A stretch of DNA of 64,000 nt, taken from Eledone cirrhosa (taxonomy: Eukaryota). A model generated the notes under the pieces. It was given only the letters and a program-made list of their open reading frames with translations. It ran no database searches and had not been told where the DNA came from. The position numbers were made by a program, and so were the translations under genes. The DNA is taken from the NCBI GenBank assembly GCA_964016885.1, contig OZ024741.1:233244001-233308000 (forward strand), in the 5' to 3' direction. Shown in pieces: positions 50,925-64,000 of the stretch; position 1 is the stretch's first letter; each line of letters starts with the position of its first letter.

Positions 50925-53057
50925 AGCCACTACCACCATGACAGGAACTCCACAACAACTCCACCACTATCAGATCTCCACCACCATCACAACAACTCTA
51001 CTACCATCACATCTCCACCACCATCACAACTCCAATACAACCAGCCATCACAACAATTCCACCACCATCACAACAACAACACCACTATCACATCTCTACC
51101 ATCATCACAACTCCAATACAACCAGCCACCACCACCATCACAACAACTCCACCACTATCACATCTCTACCACCATCACAACAACTCCACCACTGTCACAT
51201 CTCCACCACCATCACAACAACTCTACCATTATCAGATTTCCACCACCATCACAACACCACTATCACATCTCTACCATCATCACAACTCCAATACAACCAG
51301 CCATCACAACAACTCCACCACCACCACAACAACAACACCACTATCACATCTCCACCACCATCACAACTCCAATTCAACCAGCCACCACCACCATCACAAC
51401 AACTCCACCACTGTCACATCTCCACCACCATCACTACAACTTTACCATTATAAAATTTCCACCATCATCACAACAACACCACTATCACATCTCCACCACC
51501 ATCACAACTCCAATACAACCAGCCATCACAACAACTCTACCACCATCACAACATCTCCACCATCATCACAACAACAACACCACTATCACATCTCCAACAG
51601 CATCACAACTCCACCACTATCACATCTCCACCTTCATCACAACTCCAATTCAACCAGCCACCATCACAACAACTGCACCACTACCACATCTCCACCACCA
51701 TCACAACAACTCTACCATTATCAGATTTCTACCACTATCACAACAACAACACCACTATCACATCTCCACCATTATCACAATTCCAATACAACCAACCACC
51801 ACCACCATCACAACAACTCCACCACTATCACATCTCTACCACCATCACAACAACTCCACCACTGTCACATCTCCACCACCATCACAACAACTCTACCATT
51901 ATCAGATTTCCACCACCATCACAACACCACTATCACATCTCTACCATCATCACAACTCCAATACAACCAGCCATCACAACAACTCCACCACCATCACAAC
52001 AACAACACCACAATCACATCTCCACCACCATCACAACTCCAATTCAACCAGCCACCACCACCATCACAACAACTCCACCACTGTCACATCTCCACCACCA
52101 TCACTACAACTTTACCATTATAAAATTTCCACCATCATCACAACAACACCACTATCACATCTCCACCATCATCACAACTCCAATACAACCAGCCATCACA
52201 ACAACTCTACCACCATCACAACATCTCCACCATCATCACAACAACAACACCACTTTCACATCTCCAACACCATCACAACTCCACCACTATTACATCTCCA
52301 CCTTCATCACAACTCCAATTCAACCAGCCACCATCACAACAACTGCACCACTACCACATCACCACCATCACAACAACTCTACCATTATCAGATTTCTACC
52401 ACTATCACAACAACAACACCACTATCACATCTCCACCATTATCACAATTCCAATACAACCAACCACCACCACCATCACAACTCCACCACTACCACATCAC
52501 CACTTCCATCACAACACCACCACTACCACATCTCCACCACCATCACAACAACTCTACCATTATCAGATTTCCACCACCATCACAACACCACTATCACATC
52601 TCTACCATCATCACAACTCCAATACAACCAGCCATCACAACATCTCCACCACCATCACAACAACTCTACCACTACCACATCTCCACCACCATCATTACAA
52701 CTCCAATAGAACCAGCCACCACCACCATCACAACAACTCCACCACTACCACATCTCCACCACCATCACAACAACTCTACCATTATCAGATTTCTACCACT
52801 ATCACAACAACAACACCACTATCAAATCTCCACCACCATCACAACTCCAATACAATCAGCCACCACCACCATCACAACAACTCCACCACTACCACATCTC
52901 CACCACCATCACAACAACTCTACCATTATCAGATTTCCAGCACCATCACAACACCACAATCACATCTCCACCACCATCACAACTCCAATACAACCAACCA
53001 TCACAATAACTCCACCACTGTCACATCTCCACCACCATCACAACAACTCCACCACTG
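50925..53057 (+). repeat. CAC/CAA-rich modular minisatellite with a ~670-bp higher-order duplication
   Basis: Modules tcacatctccaccaccatcacaac, ctccaatacaaccagcc and ctctaccattatcagatttc. The variant marker cactacaactttaccattataaaatttcc occurs at about 51432 and 52102. Confidence 0.9.
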
Positions 53058-53332
53058 CGGTGGTGGCGGTGGTGGTGGTGGTGGTGACGGTTATGAAGTA
53101 TGTTTATGTTGATGATGATAGTGGTGATGATGATGATGATGATGATGATGATGGTGATGATGATGGTGGTGGTGGTGGTGGTGGTGGTGGTGTTCGTGTT
53201 TGTGATGATGATGGTGACGGTGATGATGATGATGGTGGTGTTCGTGTTCATGATGATGATGATGATGACGGTGATGATGATGATGATGATGGTGGTGTTG
53301 TTTGTGGTGATGATGATAGTGGTGATGATTGT
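53058..53332. repeat. (GGT)/(GAT) compound microsatellite
   Basis: Direct read. Confidence 0.9.
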
Positions 53333-53589
53333 ATCTGATTATACTCTCAGGATCATATTAAGTCAGATGACATCAGATTTCACCCAAGTTAAAACATACA
53401 TTTAAACTCTTTAATGAGGAAAACAGTTGTGGGTGTTGGCAATTTTACTGTATGTTGTGTGTGTATGTATAAGTATATACATATATATATATGTGTGTGT
53501 GTGGGTGTGTGTGTCTGTCTGTCTGTCTGTTTGTGCATGTATGTATCTATTTTCTGTGTGCGTGTGTGTGTGCGTGTCATCATGAAGGC

Positions 53590-53905
53590 AGATGGATAAG
53601 TGGTTAGGATATTCAGCTCATGGTCGTGAGCTCATCAGTTTGATTCCCAGTGGCACATAGTGCCCTTGAGCAAGACACTTTATTTCCTATTTTCTGTTGT
53701 TCCAGTCCACTCAACTGGCAAAAATAAGTTGCTTCTGTTATTCAAAGAGAAAGCCTTGTTACACAATGTGCTATGCTGAATCTCCCTGAGAACTACATTA
53801 AGGATATATGTGTCTGTAGAATGCTCAGCCAGTTGCATGTTAATTTCACAAGCAGGCTGTTTCATTTGTCAAACAACTGGAACACTCATTGTTAAAATCA
53901 ACAGA
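53590..53905 (+). mobile_element. SINE family B
   Basis: tRNA-like head (agtggttagg...gtttgattcc), cccttgagcaagacactt, and body shared with the 16920 copy. Confidence 0.78.
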
Positions 53906-54164
53906 GGTCATACAACATCAGGGGAGTCTGTAAGAACACAAGAAGTAGCACACACACTAGAGGAAACAAACGACTGGAATGGTACAGGATATGATATCTG
54001 AACCTTCTTTTAACACCCCCATCCCCACCCAAAGCCAGCCCAATTAAAGTGTCCAAATTTAAATTCAAAACCTCAGACTAAAATCTCATTTATTGCGACA
54101 GAAAATATTAGATTTCAGCAGTTAAATATTTCTCTTTTATTATCAAGTCAAAATGTTTAGGGCA

Positions 54165-54372
54165 GTAGACTGGCAGTAGAGCAACAGACACCATGCTTTG
54201 CAGCATAGAGTTATGACCCTTTATATTCTGTTTTCATATCTCACCGAGGTTAGCTTTGCCATTCATCCTTATGGGGTTGATAAAATAAAGTACCAGTAAT
54301 CCACTGGGGTCGATTTAATTGACTTTCCATCCCCATAAATTGCTGGCCTTGTGCCTATAATAGAAATTATTA
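54165..54372 (+). mobile_element. SINE family A, older variant
   Basis: Consensus match. Confidence 0.82.
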
Positions 54373-54794
54373 TTAAGTTAAAATTTAGTTATTTCACTAA
54401 AACCTCTTTTAATTCTTGATTACTTCAATAATTAAAACGCAAAAGCAGTATACTCCTGTCAGTAATGTGGTATAAAATGTTTTAATCTCCAAAACAAAAG
54501 AAACAGCAAGCTCAAAAAACTATTATTCCATAACCAGCCTTCCTACACGATACAAAACCTAAACTGCAGGAAAAAAAATCTTGTTTTCAGAAGAGCTGAA
54601 AGTAGGCTTTGAAGGATCATAAGGTTTCATATGGCTGTTAAAATCAATAACTGATCAACAATGGCATAACAGATGATTACAGAAGTAGAAAGAATGGTTT
54701 TAGCACAGTTTGGATTGGCTACCAGAAGGCTTTTGATATTATTCCCCACATGTGGATCCTGGAAGCATTAGCCATAAGTAAGATGGCACCAACC

Positions 54795-55130
54795 ATGGCC
54801 AAATGGTTAAGAATTCGTTTTGCTATCATTAGGTCCCCGGTTTGATATCACTGTGTGCCCTCTTGGTCAAGTGTCATTTACCATAACCTTGGGTTCACCA
54901 ATGTCTTGAGTAAAATTGGGTAGATGGAAACTAAGAGGAAGCCTGTCAAATCGACTGTACTTGTAATTCATAGAGCCAGCTTTGCTATACACTGTGTCAT
55001 GCTGAATCTACCTGAGGATTATGTCAAGAGTATATGAGCCTGTGAAATACTCAGTCACTTACATGTTTATTTCATGAGAAGGCTGTTCCAGTGATCAAAC
55101 AATTGGAACACTCATTGTCAAAATTGAAGA
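54795..55130 (+). mobile_element. SINE family B variant
   Basis: tggccaaatggttaaga head; 3' body homologous to 53740-53900. Confidence 0.7.
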
Positions 55131-55157
55131 AAATCCATCAACATTAATCACATCATG

Positions 55158-55238
55158 AACAGATGGTAAACAGATGGTAAACAGATGGTAAACAGATGGT
55201 AAACAGATGGTAAACAGATGGTAAACAGATGGTAAACA
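55158..55238 (+). repeat. 11-bp tandem repeat (AAACAGATGGT), about 7 copies
   Basis: Direct read. Confidence 0.92.
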
Positions 55239-55259
55239 ATTCTACAGATACAGACAAAA

Positions 55260-56238
55260 CAGAGGACTATAAAAACTAATTCCATCTCTATTAGACGATA
55301 AATATCCCTTAGGTGTTTCCACACTCCACACCATTTCTGCATGGTGCTAATATGATTAACCAACACATTAAATCAGACTAGACTGAAATAGAAATGTTAC
55401 AATGCTATGGAAGAACAATCAACCATCTCTTGTATATGGACAACCTTGTATGCTAAAGATGATAAATAAACAACTAGAAACACTGCTGCAAACAAGACAG
55501 ATACTTATTAGAGGTTTGATATGAGATTCACACTTAAAAATGGACCACAGAAAAATCTTGAAGATAGAAATATTACTTTTAAAAAACCTTCCAAATAATA
55601 ATTGTTTCTACTTTAGGCACAAGGCCAGCAATTATCCAGTGCATTACTGGTACTTTATTTTATCGACCCCGTAAGGATGAAAGGCAAAGTTAACCTCGGC
55701 GGGATTTGAACTCAGATTGTAAAGGGACGTAACTATGCTGGAAAGCATGGCGTCCGACCCTCTACCGATACTGCCAATCCACCAAAATAATAATAATTGC
55801 AATTACCCAGTGCATTACTGGTACTTTATTTTATCGTACCAGTAATGCATTGGGTATTTGCTGGCCTTATGCCAAAAGTAGAAACAATTATTATTATTAT
55901 TATTTGAAAGATTTTTTAAAAGTACTATTTCTATCTTCAAGATTTTTCTGTGGTCCATTTTTAAGTGTGAATCTCATATCAAACCTCTAATAAGTATCTG
56001 TCTTGTTTGCAGCAGTGTTTCTAGTTGTTTATTTATCATCTTTAGCATACAAGGTTGTCCATATACAAGAGATGGTTGATTGTTCTTCCATAGCATTGTA
56101 ACATTTCTATTTCAGTCTAGTCTGATTTAATGTGTTGGTTAATCATATTAGCACCATGCAGAAATGGTGTGGAGTGTGGAAACACCTAAGGGATATTTAT
56201 CGTCTAATAGAGATGGAATTAGTTTTTATAGTCCTCTG
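55260..56238. repeat. ~400-bp-arm inverted duplication centred on a SINE family A copy (55594-55783, -)
   Basis: 55260-55655 is the reverse complement of 55836-56238, nearly identical over the non-SINE part. Confidence 0.93.
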
Positions 56239-56825
56239 GGGGGCATGATATCATAAGAAAAGTAATCTACTGGCATTTATTTAAACTGAATACTTTATCC
56301 CACTCTGAGAAATGGTATGAGCATAAGCCAGAGTCAGTGATAGCATCCAGCCATAGAAACCGAGCCAGAAACAGTTCTGTATGAGCAAGACACTGTCACC
56401 TGACCCGACTTACCTCAAATGGGACAACCCATCTAACCCATAGTGTGGAAAATGGACGTTAAACAATGATGATGAAGGTAAAGTGGGATTCCAAGAATTA
56501 GAACACAATAATCTGGGTGGTTTTTGACAAGGAGAAAAGATCTTGCTTGATTATAGATGTAGCTTGCCCCTTTGATACAAGAATGCAAGAAAAGAAGGAG
56601 AAATTTAACCGATACCAGGATCAAAAGTGGGAACTGAAAAGGATTTTGGACTGTCATGAGATCAAGGTCATCCCATCATACATATTACCAAGTCACACTT
56701 GATTACAAATGATGACTGTAGTAGTGGTACATACAGACACCCATACATATACATATATATATCTTCATCATCATCACTATTTTATGTCCATTTTCCACAC
56801 TAGCATGTATAGTGTATATATATAT

Positions 56826-59218
56826 CATCATCATCATCATCATCGTTTAATGTCCATCTTCCACGCTTGCATGGGTTTGGACGGCAATTTTCCCACTTGA
56901 GGCAAGATTGGTTGCCTTGCTCGCATAGGACTGTCTGGCGGGTTTTCTACTTCTGGATGCCCTTCCTAACACCAACCACGTTTACAGTGTGGACTGGGAG
57001 GTTTTTACCGTGTTACCTACACGGCCACATTACATCGTGGACTGTGTGTTTTTTTGTCGTGACACCTACACGATCTCATTTGTTTCGGACTAGATGTTGT
57101 GGTAACAACATAACTTTACATTGAAAGGGGTGGTGTGGATGGGGTGGGGGTAGTGGGACGGGGTGTATTTTTGTTAGAGGTGCCTACTGACTGTAGGTTT
57201 CGCTTTGTACTTAGGCAAGGTGGGTCTTCTGTATTACTGTGTAGCGCCAAAGATCTCGGTCCAGTGACTTTGTCTTGGAGAGGTGTAAGTGTGTGAGGTC
57301 GGAATTTATCAAGTCGTCCCAGGTTTTTCTGGGTCTGCCTACTCCGTGGCTACCGTCTATTTTTATTGCCCTGCACTTTTTTATACAGCTGTCGTCTTTC
57401 ATGCGCATCACGTGACCGTACCAACGTAGTCTTCTCTCGAGTAAACAACATCTGATCCCTCTTATTCCTAATTTCTCCCTTAGTTCGTTTATGCTTTGCC
57501 GTTCACGTATATTACTATTACACATCCAGCGGAGCATGCAAGCTTCGTTCCTCTCCAGTCTGTGTATATCCTCTGCACACAATGCCCAGGTCTCACTGCC
57601 ATGTAACATTGCTGTTCGTATGCAGGCATCATACAGCCTGCCTTTCATATTTAGAGAGAACCCTTTAGCGGCCAATAGTGGTATAAGCTCTCTGAACTTT
57701 TTCCATCCCGTTCTGACTCTAGCTACTGTACTTTCAGAGCACCCTCCATCGCTGCTGATTTTGTCACCCAGGTAACGGAAGGTGTCCACTATTTCTATAG
57801 AACCATCTGTGCAATGGAATGAGCTAGTATTCTGTGGGCACTTGCTGCTACTTATTGCACCAGAGCACCGGCCACATATAAAATCTATATTCTTAGTTAG
57901 CTTACCTGTGATCCCACTACATCTTTTATGCACCCATACTTTGCATTTGGGACATAAAATGTAGTTTCTGCCTACTCCTTTCCTTCACACTGAGCATGGC
58001 CATTTCCCAGATGGGACCGGTGCCCTATTTTCCTTCCTACAAACTAGAACTTTTGTCTTAGACAGGTTAATTTTAAGGCCTTTTGATTCTAGGCCATGCT
58101 TCCATGTTTGGAATTTCTTCGAGTTCAGCCATTGATGCAGCTATGAGCGTTAGATCATCTGCGTATAGTAGTTCCCATGGGCAGCCGGTCTTGAACTCCT
58201 CTGTTATAGCCTGAAGGGCAATAATAAATAGTAGGGGGCTAAGAACAGAGCCCTGATGAACACCAACTTTTACGCTAAACTCTTCACTATATTCGTTGTT
58301 AATTCTAACCTTGCTGACTGTTTCTTTATACATGGCTTGTATAGCTCTCACAAGCCATTCATCAACACCTAGTTTTCTAAGGGCCCACCAGATAATGGAG
58401 CGGGGGACTCTGTCAAAGGCTTTCTCCAAGTCAACAAAAGCTAAGTATAGGGGTTTACTTTTAGCTAGGTACTTCTGTAGTTGTCGTACAATGAAAAGAG
58501 CATCTGTGGTACTTTTACCTGACACAAACCCGAACTGCATTTCATCTAGATCAATTCTCTCTCTGATTAGTTGCGCTATTACTTTTTCCTTGACCTTCAT
58601 GACCTGGTTGATTAATTTAATGCCTCAATAGTTACCCCTATCTAGGGCATCTCCTTTACCCTTGTAGCAGTTAATGATGATGCTGCTACGCCAGTCCTTC
58701 GGAATGACCCCATTCTGTATGATTTGGTTTACTATCCGGGTGACCATGGTGTGTCCCACCGTTCCAGAGGCTTTCAGCATTTCAGCAACTATTTCCGAAG
58801 GCCCGGCCACCTTACCCGTCTTCATATCTTTGATTGCCTTACTTATACTACCTTCAACTAGCACTGCTGGTCCCTCTATTGGATCGATGTGGGGGAGACT
58901 GTCTTTCTCCCATTTATTCTCCTCATTTAGTAGCCTTTTGTAGTGACACTTCCAAGCTACCTTCTTATCAGCGTCAGTGATGGCAAGTACACCATCATCA
59001 TTAAGGACACACTTCTCCCCGACAATATCACGGTTTTCCTTGACACATTGCCTAGCAATCCTGAACACCTCACGTTTTTGGTCCTCGCATTGTAGAACAT
59101 GCTTGAACTTTCTTTCCTCTACTTCCCTTCTTGCGAAGTACACTTGTCTCCTAGCTTCCTTCCTGGCCACTTGATAGTCTTCTCTACTTCCCTCAGCCTG
59201 CCATACTTTTCAAGCCTG
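56826..59218 (-). mobile_element. RTE-clade LINE, 5'-truncated, with a PHD-type finger inside the RT; (GAT)n tail
   Basis: CYKGKGDALDRGNY, QFGFVSGKSTTDA, FVDLEKAFDRVPR, GVHQGSVLSPLLF, LLYADDL, then the Cys/His insert, FRYLGD, HGSETW, RRLRWYGHV. Confidence 0.93.
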
Positions 59219-59591
59219 CATACACACACACATGCACACACACAGATATATGTATATATATATATATTAGCTTTAATCAATATATATAAACTATATATCG
59301 ATAATGTTTCTCAGTATAAAGCTTAATAAACTTCAGTTCAGAGCCTTTATAATATAAATATAAATGATATATAACAGGATATATCAATTGAGAAACAACT
59401 AGTATTTTATACATATACACAGAACAAATAATATAGAAATTTAAATGCATGCTTCAAAATGTTAAAATGGCTTATAATCTCATGGACAGATCTGTTTCTG
59501 GAAACCTCAGAAAAAGAATGTAAACTTTCGATCTCAGTAATTAGTTTCAACCAACGATTATCAATTTTGGTAATCATATATGTATATACAT

Positions 59592-59650
<59 letters not shown>

Positions 59651-60044
59651 GTGCAGATGATAAAGGTGTTTATCCATGGAGGTTACGTTGTAATATCGCG
59701 AGGATAAACTGGTTTAAGTAATCCAAAAGCACTTCACATCAGTGGTGTATCCTCCGTGAAATATTGGTGACTAGGTCTGATGGAGTTTCCATTTATGAAG
59801 TGTTGTTAAGACAGAGTTATTTTTACATAATTGTTATATTGTAAAATATACATTTCAATGACACGGTTATGTAATGGTTATATCAATGACAGTCTCCATG
59901 TGACATCATCAGATGCTCATACAATTATGAGGTGTAGTTATGCAAGTATGCAGATATGCCACTGGTAATACATTTACAGAAGGGCCAAGGGCTCGGCATA
60001 TGCTCTATCAAGTGCATTTTATTGACACCCAAACTTGGCAGATT

Positions 60045-60372
60045 TTCTTCCTATCACCAGCCACTTTGCAGGACTGTACTGGGTGATTATTAATCATGTA
60101 GACCACCAACACTAGGAGGGTTATCATTTCTATGACACAGCTGAAGAGTCCTTCTGACCCTATGTTTGGAAAGTTTTCTATGACTGCATGCCTTTTCTAT
60201 CACCAATCATTTTACAGAGTGTACTGGGTGCATTTATTCTGTAGGTCACCAACTCTAGAGAGTTTGTCATGACCTTAACACAACTAAAAGTCCTCTCAAC
60301 ACTTTTGGCATGATTTCTACAGCAAGCTGCCCTTCCTATTACCGACCACCTTACAGCATGTACTGGGTGCAT
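60045..60372 (-). repeat. Three degenerate tandem units resembling the RTE 3' tail
   Basis: ctatcaccarycaytttrcag..tgtactgggtg at about 60050, 60197 and 60336. Confidence 0.55.
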
Positions 60373-61388
60373 ACATATGATATATATGTGTGAGGTGTGT
60401 ATCAATATACACATATTTGATATAATCTATAGTCTACTTATATGTCTTAAGTGCTCAATCAATTAATGTTTCATGCTTAATTATGCATAAAATACCTTTA
60501 TCAATGCATATGGAAATATATATATCATCATCATCATATACACATTATATGTACACACACACACACTCACAAATATACATACATAAGTGTGTCCTTTTAT
60601 GTGTGCTCATTCAAACATGAGTTAAACAGGTATATTTGAAGAGAAGCAATGGTTAGTAAATGTTGTTAGAGATGAAATAACACAAAATAGATGGTTTCAT
60701 TTTGATACAAAATTTACTTCTATTCAGTTAATAAATGAACAAAGAATAGGTTACTTCAAGTTATAAAGGTTGACAATGTTTTTGATGTTATGGGGAAATA
60801 GTCTGTGGCCAGAGAAGGTGAGAGCCTGTAAGACCAGGAGAGAGTAAAGGTCTGTAGAAGTCTGTAGAACTCAAGGGGTCTGTAGAAAGCAAATGTTTTA
60901 CATGATTATTCTCTCAAGAACTGCTCCGAACTGCCTTTTTGCCTGGTCTAAGACAGGCTATTTATATCTGTCGATTCCTCTACCTTGAGGGATCGCACAT
61001 GCACAGACTTGTTTACACCAAAAAGGAGGTAATCCAGAATTTGACCATTAAGTGTCACCCAGGGGTCAAGGTGTGGACAGATTTCGCTACATATTTATGT
61101 GTGTGTGTATATATATATATACACACACATGAATATACCTGTTTAACTATATATATCATTTCCTGGTTATTTCCAAATGATTTCCTTGGAATGAAACAGT
61201 TCTAGTTCTGTAGAAGCGATTTCTATATTAAATCTTTATACTCTGCTATGTATTGAGTACCTTACTTACTGTGGTTACCCCCAATATAAATATATATATA
61301 TGTATGTATGGATATATATATATATTATATATTATATATATATGCATGTATATATTTACATATATATATATGATATGCATACTCTATT

Positions 61389-61496
<108 letters not shown>

Positions 61497-61629
61497 GAAC
61501 ACATAACATATGGTGTTGTTTGTAGGGGCACCAGACACTGCTTCTTGGGCACTTAAATCTGGTGGAGCCCATCTCCTCTCTATATCTGAATATAGCTGAA
61601 GTGAGAAAGAGATATAAAGGAGAATCACC

Positions 61630-61787
61630 CCAAGCCCCAGTAGTGAACTGGAACTTTTTTTATCGACCTTGAAAGGATGAAAGACAAAGTTGAACTAAGC
61701 GGGATTTGAACTCAGAGCTCAGAAACAGAACAAATATCACAAAGCATTCCATAAGACGATCTAATAACTCTGCTAATTCACTGCCTT
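61630..61787 (-). mobile_element. Old SINE family A-related copy
   Basis: ttatcgaccttgaaaggatgaaagacaaagttga...gggatttgaactcagag. Confidence 0.75.
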
Positions 61788-61964
61788 GTATATATATATA
61801 TATGATTTTATATGAATGAAACAGTTCTAGTCCTGTTTAGGTCATTTCTATATAAAATATATTTATATGTATGCTTCTTCTTTACTAACATATTGAGTAC
61901 CTTATTTAACTGTGAATTGTTTTTCCAATTTCCTTTGAAAAACCATCCTTACTTGTATATATAT

Positions 61965-62024
<60 letters not shown>

Positions 62025-62523
62025 TAACAACCCGCTTTGGTCACGAATGACCATGAGTTTTGTATCTAGATGTTGATCCTCTGAGGTAAAGCCTGTGGAA
62101 GACGGGTAGTCACACAACGCACACATCAAACTCAAAACCTCAGGATTGTGAACCCAATGCTCTAACAACTAAGCCATATGCCTTCAGTTTGTGATTATGT
62201 AGTCATATATCTGTGTCAGTTTAAACCAGTTCAGCAATTCATATTAAAATATGTTCACTGCTGTTGAAATATTTGAAATATGTTGGAGAAGAATAATCTA
62301 TTGTGGAGTGGGGGTTGTTTCAACACGCCACAACCAACACTACCACATATGGTTACACCCATAGATGTTTATTCCACCACAGCACTCCTCCCTAACATAT
62401 ACATATTCATGCTCATGTAAAATCACTTACGCGCAAGTCTAATTGAAAATTTGCTTATATGTATTAACACACATACACACCTTTCCTTTCTCTTCTCACT
62501 CTCTATCTTTCTATCTCATTCTA

Positions 62524-62561
62524 TCTTTTGATGAAGAACTAGTGTGTCCGAAAGGTTAAGA
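62524..62561 (+). ncRNA. Degenerate minimal hammerhead motif
   Basis: tctt-TTGATGA-a-gaac-tagtgt-gtcc-GAAA-ggtt-aaga; three substitutions from an ideal core. Confidence 0.45.
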
Positions 62562-62655
62562 CTCTTTTCCTACTATATCAAACATTAAACTAATATATAT
62601 CTTCATTGTATATATATAAATATATATATATATTGTTCAAGCATGTTTATATATA

Positions 62656-63985
62656 TTGTTCAAGCATGTTTTGCAACGTGAGGACCAGAAACAGGAGGTG
62701 TTCAAGATTGCGAGGCAGTGTTTCAGAGAGAATTGTGATGTCATTGGAGAGAAGTGTATCCGGAATGATAAAGGTGAGCTTGTCCTCAAAAGTGCTGAGA
62801 AGAAAGATGCATGGAAGAGCCATTATGAAAGATTACTAAATGAGGAGAATGCATGGGAAGAAGAGACTAGAAAGAAAGGGTCTCAAAGTCAACATGACAA
62901 AGACTAAGGTCCTTGTAAGTAGACGAGAAAACAGAACCCAGATCCCCTCAGGGAAATGGCCTTGCTCAGTATGTAGGAAAGGTGTAGGTAGGAACTCCAT
63001 TCTCTGCCCCAAATGCAAACAATGGGTACACAAGAGATGTAGCGGGATCTCAGGAAGCTTAATTACCACCAGTCTATGGGAGGGCTCTGTAGAAACAGTA
63101 GACAGCTTCTGCTACCTAGGTGACCGAATTAGCAGCAGAGGTGGGTGTTCAGAAAGTACAATAACTAGGGTAAGAATGGGATGGAAGAAGTTCAGGGAAC
63201 TACTGCCACTGCTAGCTGCAAAAGGCTTCTCCCTCAAATTGAAAGGCAGACTGTATGATGCATGTATCTGAACAGCAATGTTACATGGTAGTGAGACCTG
63301 GGCGCTGAAGGTGGAAGACTTACGTAGATTAGAGAAAAACGAAGCCTGCATGCTCCGATGGATGTGTAACAGTAATATACGCAAACGACAAAGCATAAAT
63401 GAATTGAGAGTGAGACTGAGCAAAAGAGGAATCAAATGCTGTGTGCAGGAGAGGCGGTTGCGTTGGTATGGACATGTGATGCGTATGAAGGATGACAGCT
63501 GCATAAAAAGGTGCAGAGCACTAGAAGTCAATGCAAACCGCGGAGTGGGGAGACCCAAGAAGACCTGGGATGAGGTGATAAAGGCCGACCTTACCCAATT
63601 ACACCTCTCAAAGGCGATGACACACGACCGTGACCTCTGGCGTCACGCAGTAATACAGAGTACCCGACCTCCCATGGGTACAAGCTGAAGCATATAGACA
63701 ATATTCCCCCACACCCTCCCACTGCAAGGTGGTCGTGGAGGTGCCACGGCAAAAAAGCACCCAGCCCACACTGTAAAGTGGACGTGTAGGCGCCACGAAA
63801 AAGCACCCAGCACTCACTGTAAATGAGGTTGGTGTTAGGAAGGGCATCCAGCTGTAGAAATCAAGCCAAATCAGTTCCTGTATGAGCAAGGCATGGTCAG
63901 CCGACCAGACACTGCCCACAACAGGACAACCCGTCTAACCCATGCTAGCATGGAAGAACGGACGTAAAACAGTGATGATGATGAT
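62656..63985 (+). mobile_element. Internally deleted copy of the PHD-containing RTE family, with complete 3' tail
   Basis: Jumps from LLNEENAW to ERKGLKVNMTKTK (RT core missing). WPCSVCRKGVGRNSILCPKCKQWVHKRC; tail ggaagggcatccagctgtagaaa...ggacgtaaaacagtgatgatgatg. Confidence 0.92.
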
Positions 63986-64000
63986 TGTTATACTTGGGGA

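Larger units (their letters stand above)
54520..56702 (+). mobile_element. Fragmented R4/Dong-like retroposon (RT and endonuclease remnants) with several later insertions
   Basis: VWIGYQKAFDIIPHMWILEAL (54710-54772), INHLLYMDNL (about 55420), HDIIRKVIYWHL...KWYEHKPESV (56245-56340), FDKEKRSCLIIDVACPFDTR...KFNRYQD (56520-56680). Confidence 0.78.

Noticed and set aside
50904-52709. 601-aa His/Thr/Pro/Gln-rich ORF (mucin-like or His-rich structural protein)
   Set aside because: Module lengths are not multiples of three, so the peptide cycles through all frames; low G/T content explains the lack of stops.
57985-57987. In-frame TGA at the second Cys of the PHD-type finger as selenocysteine
   Set aside because: The sister copy has TGT and this copy has other disabling mutations, so a nonsense substitution is simpler.

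Overview
AT-rich, repeat-saturated eukaryotic DNA. The SINE, RTE-tail and microsatellite content resembles an octopod cephalopod genome (inference from recalled repeat families). I found no intact host protein-coding gene. Every long ORF is either a decayed transposon frame or a stop-free reading through a micro- or minisatellite. The window holds nested, mostly broken mobile elements: several RTE-clade LINE families, a near-complete Tx1/L1-clade ORF2, R4/Dong-like and CRE-like restriction-endonuclease retroposons, Penelope-like ends, Tc1/mariner fossils (DD34D, DD37D-like, DD41D), hAT MITEs, a non-autonomous Helitron, more than 15 tRNA-derived SINE copies and several satellites. Five things stand out: (i) an RTE family with a C4HC3 PHD-type finger inserted inside its reverse transcriptase; (ii) an RTE 3' end with three tandem C2H2 fingers, next to a bipartite non-autonomous relative with a structured, possibly ribozyme-like leader; (iii) at least five minimal hammerhead-ribozyme motifs, several with palindromic stem III; (iv) a degenerate ~60-bp repeat array interrupted by a CRE-like insertion; (v) many local fold-back duplications. 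All alignments, folds and coordinates were read by eye, so element ends are approximate unless a target-site duplication (TSD) is given.
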